DNA from: an uncultured Nitrospiraceae bacterium
GTDB lineage: Bacteria > Nitrospirota > Nitrospiria > Nitrospirales > Nitrospiraceae
Length of the DNA: 64,000 nt
Direction: 5' to 3'
NCBI GenBank assembly: GCA_963730935.1
Contig: CAVSTP010000003.1
Location: 160,001 to 224,000, forward strand
This document shows, one piece after another, positions 63,897-64,000 of this stretch (position 1 is its first letter; every line of letters begins with the position of its first letter). The notes beneath the pieces are model-generated. The model searched no databases. It was not told the origin of the DNA and saw nothing but the letters and a program-made list of their open reading frames with translations. Both the position numbers and the translations under genes were made by a program.

Positions 63897-64000
63897 GGCC
63901 GACCGTCCATCGCATAGCGATCGCCGTGACTGCCTGGCTACTGCTTGCGGGCGGAGCGTCTAGGGTGGAGGGGGCGCAATCGATCCGCGTCCTTCTGTCG
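63893..64000 (+). CDS. 5' fragment of an exported protein, possibly SpoIID/LytB
   Basis: GTG overlaps the upstream stop; signal peptide then 'QSIRVLLS'; runs off the window. Confidence 0.5.
   Translation, partial: MRPTVHRIAIAVTAWLLLAGGASRVEGAQSIRVLLS

Overview
This 64-kb window is GC-rich, mostly core-genome chromosome, most likely from a Nitrospira-like bacterium (inferred from the UBact-proteasome operon, the five-subunit 2-oxoacid:ferredoxin oxidoreductase and the gene orders). The left third is accessory-like. It holds a PilZ protein, an orphan CzcA-type RND pump, and a diderm sortase module (OmpA-like protein, VIT/vWA LPRTAT target, sortase). That module sits behind a clear sigma54 promoter with an IHF site and a palindromic candidate enhancer, close to a membrane-bound CHASE2/sigma54 activator. 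Next come an HD/YjbQ/HtrA cluster and a complete ARC-Dop-UBact-prcB-prcA-PafA proteasome operon. The remainder is housekeeping: tRNA-Asn, a forDABGE-type operon, rho-rpmE-prfA-prmC-murA-his, dnaG-rpoD-tRNA-Ile2, RNase HIII, RNase P RNA, ilvBNC-psd-pssA, a Leu T-box, and leuA-leuB-asd. I saw no CRISPR array, prophage or transposase. All calls come from reading motifs by eye; no database searches were run.
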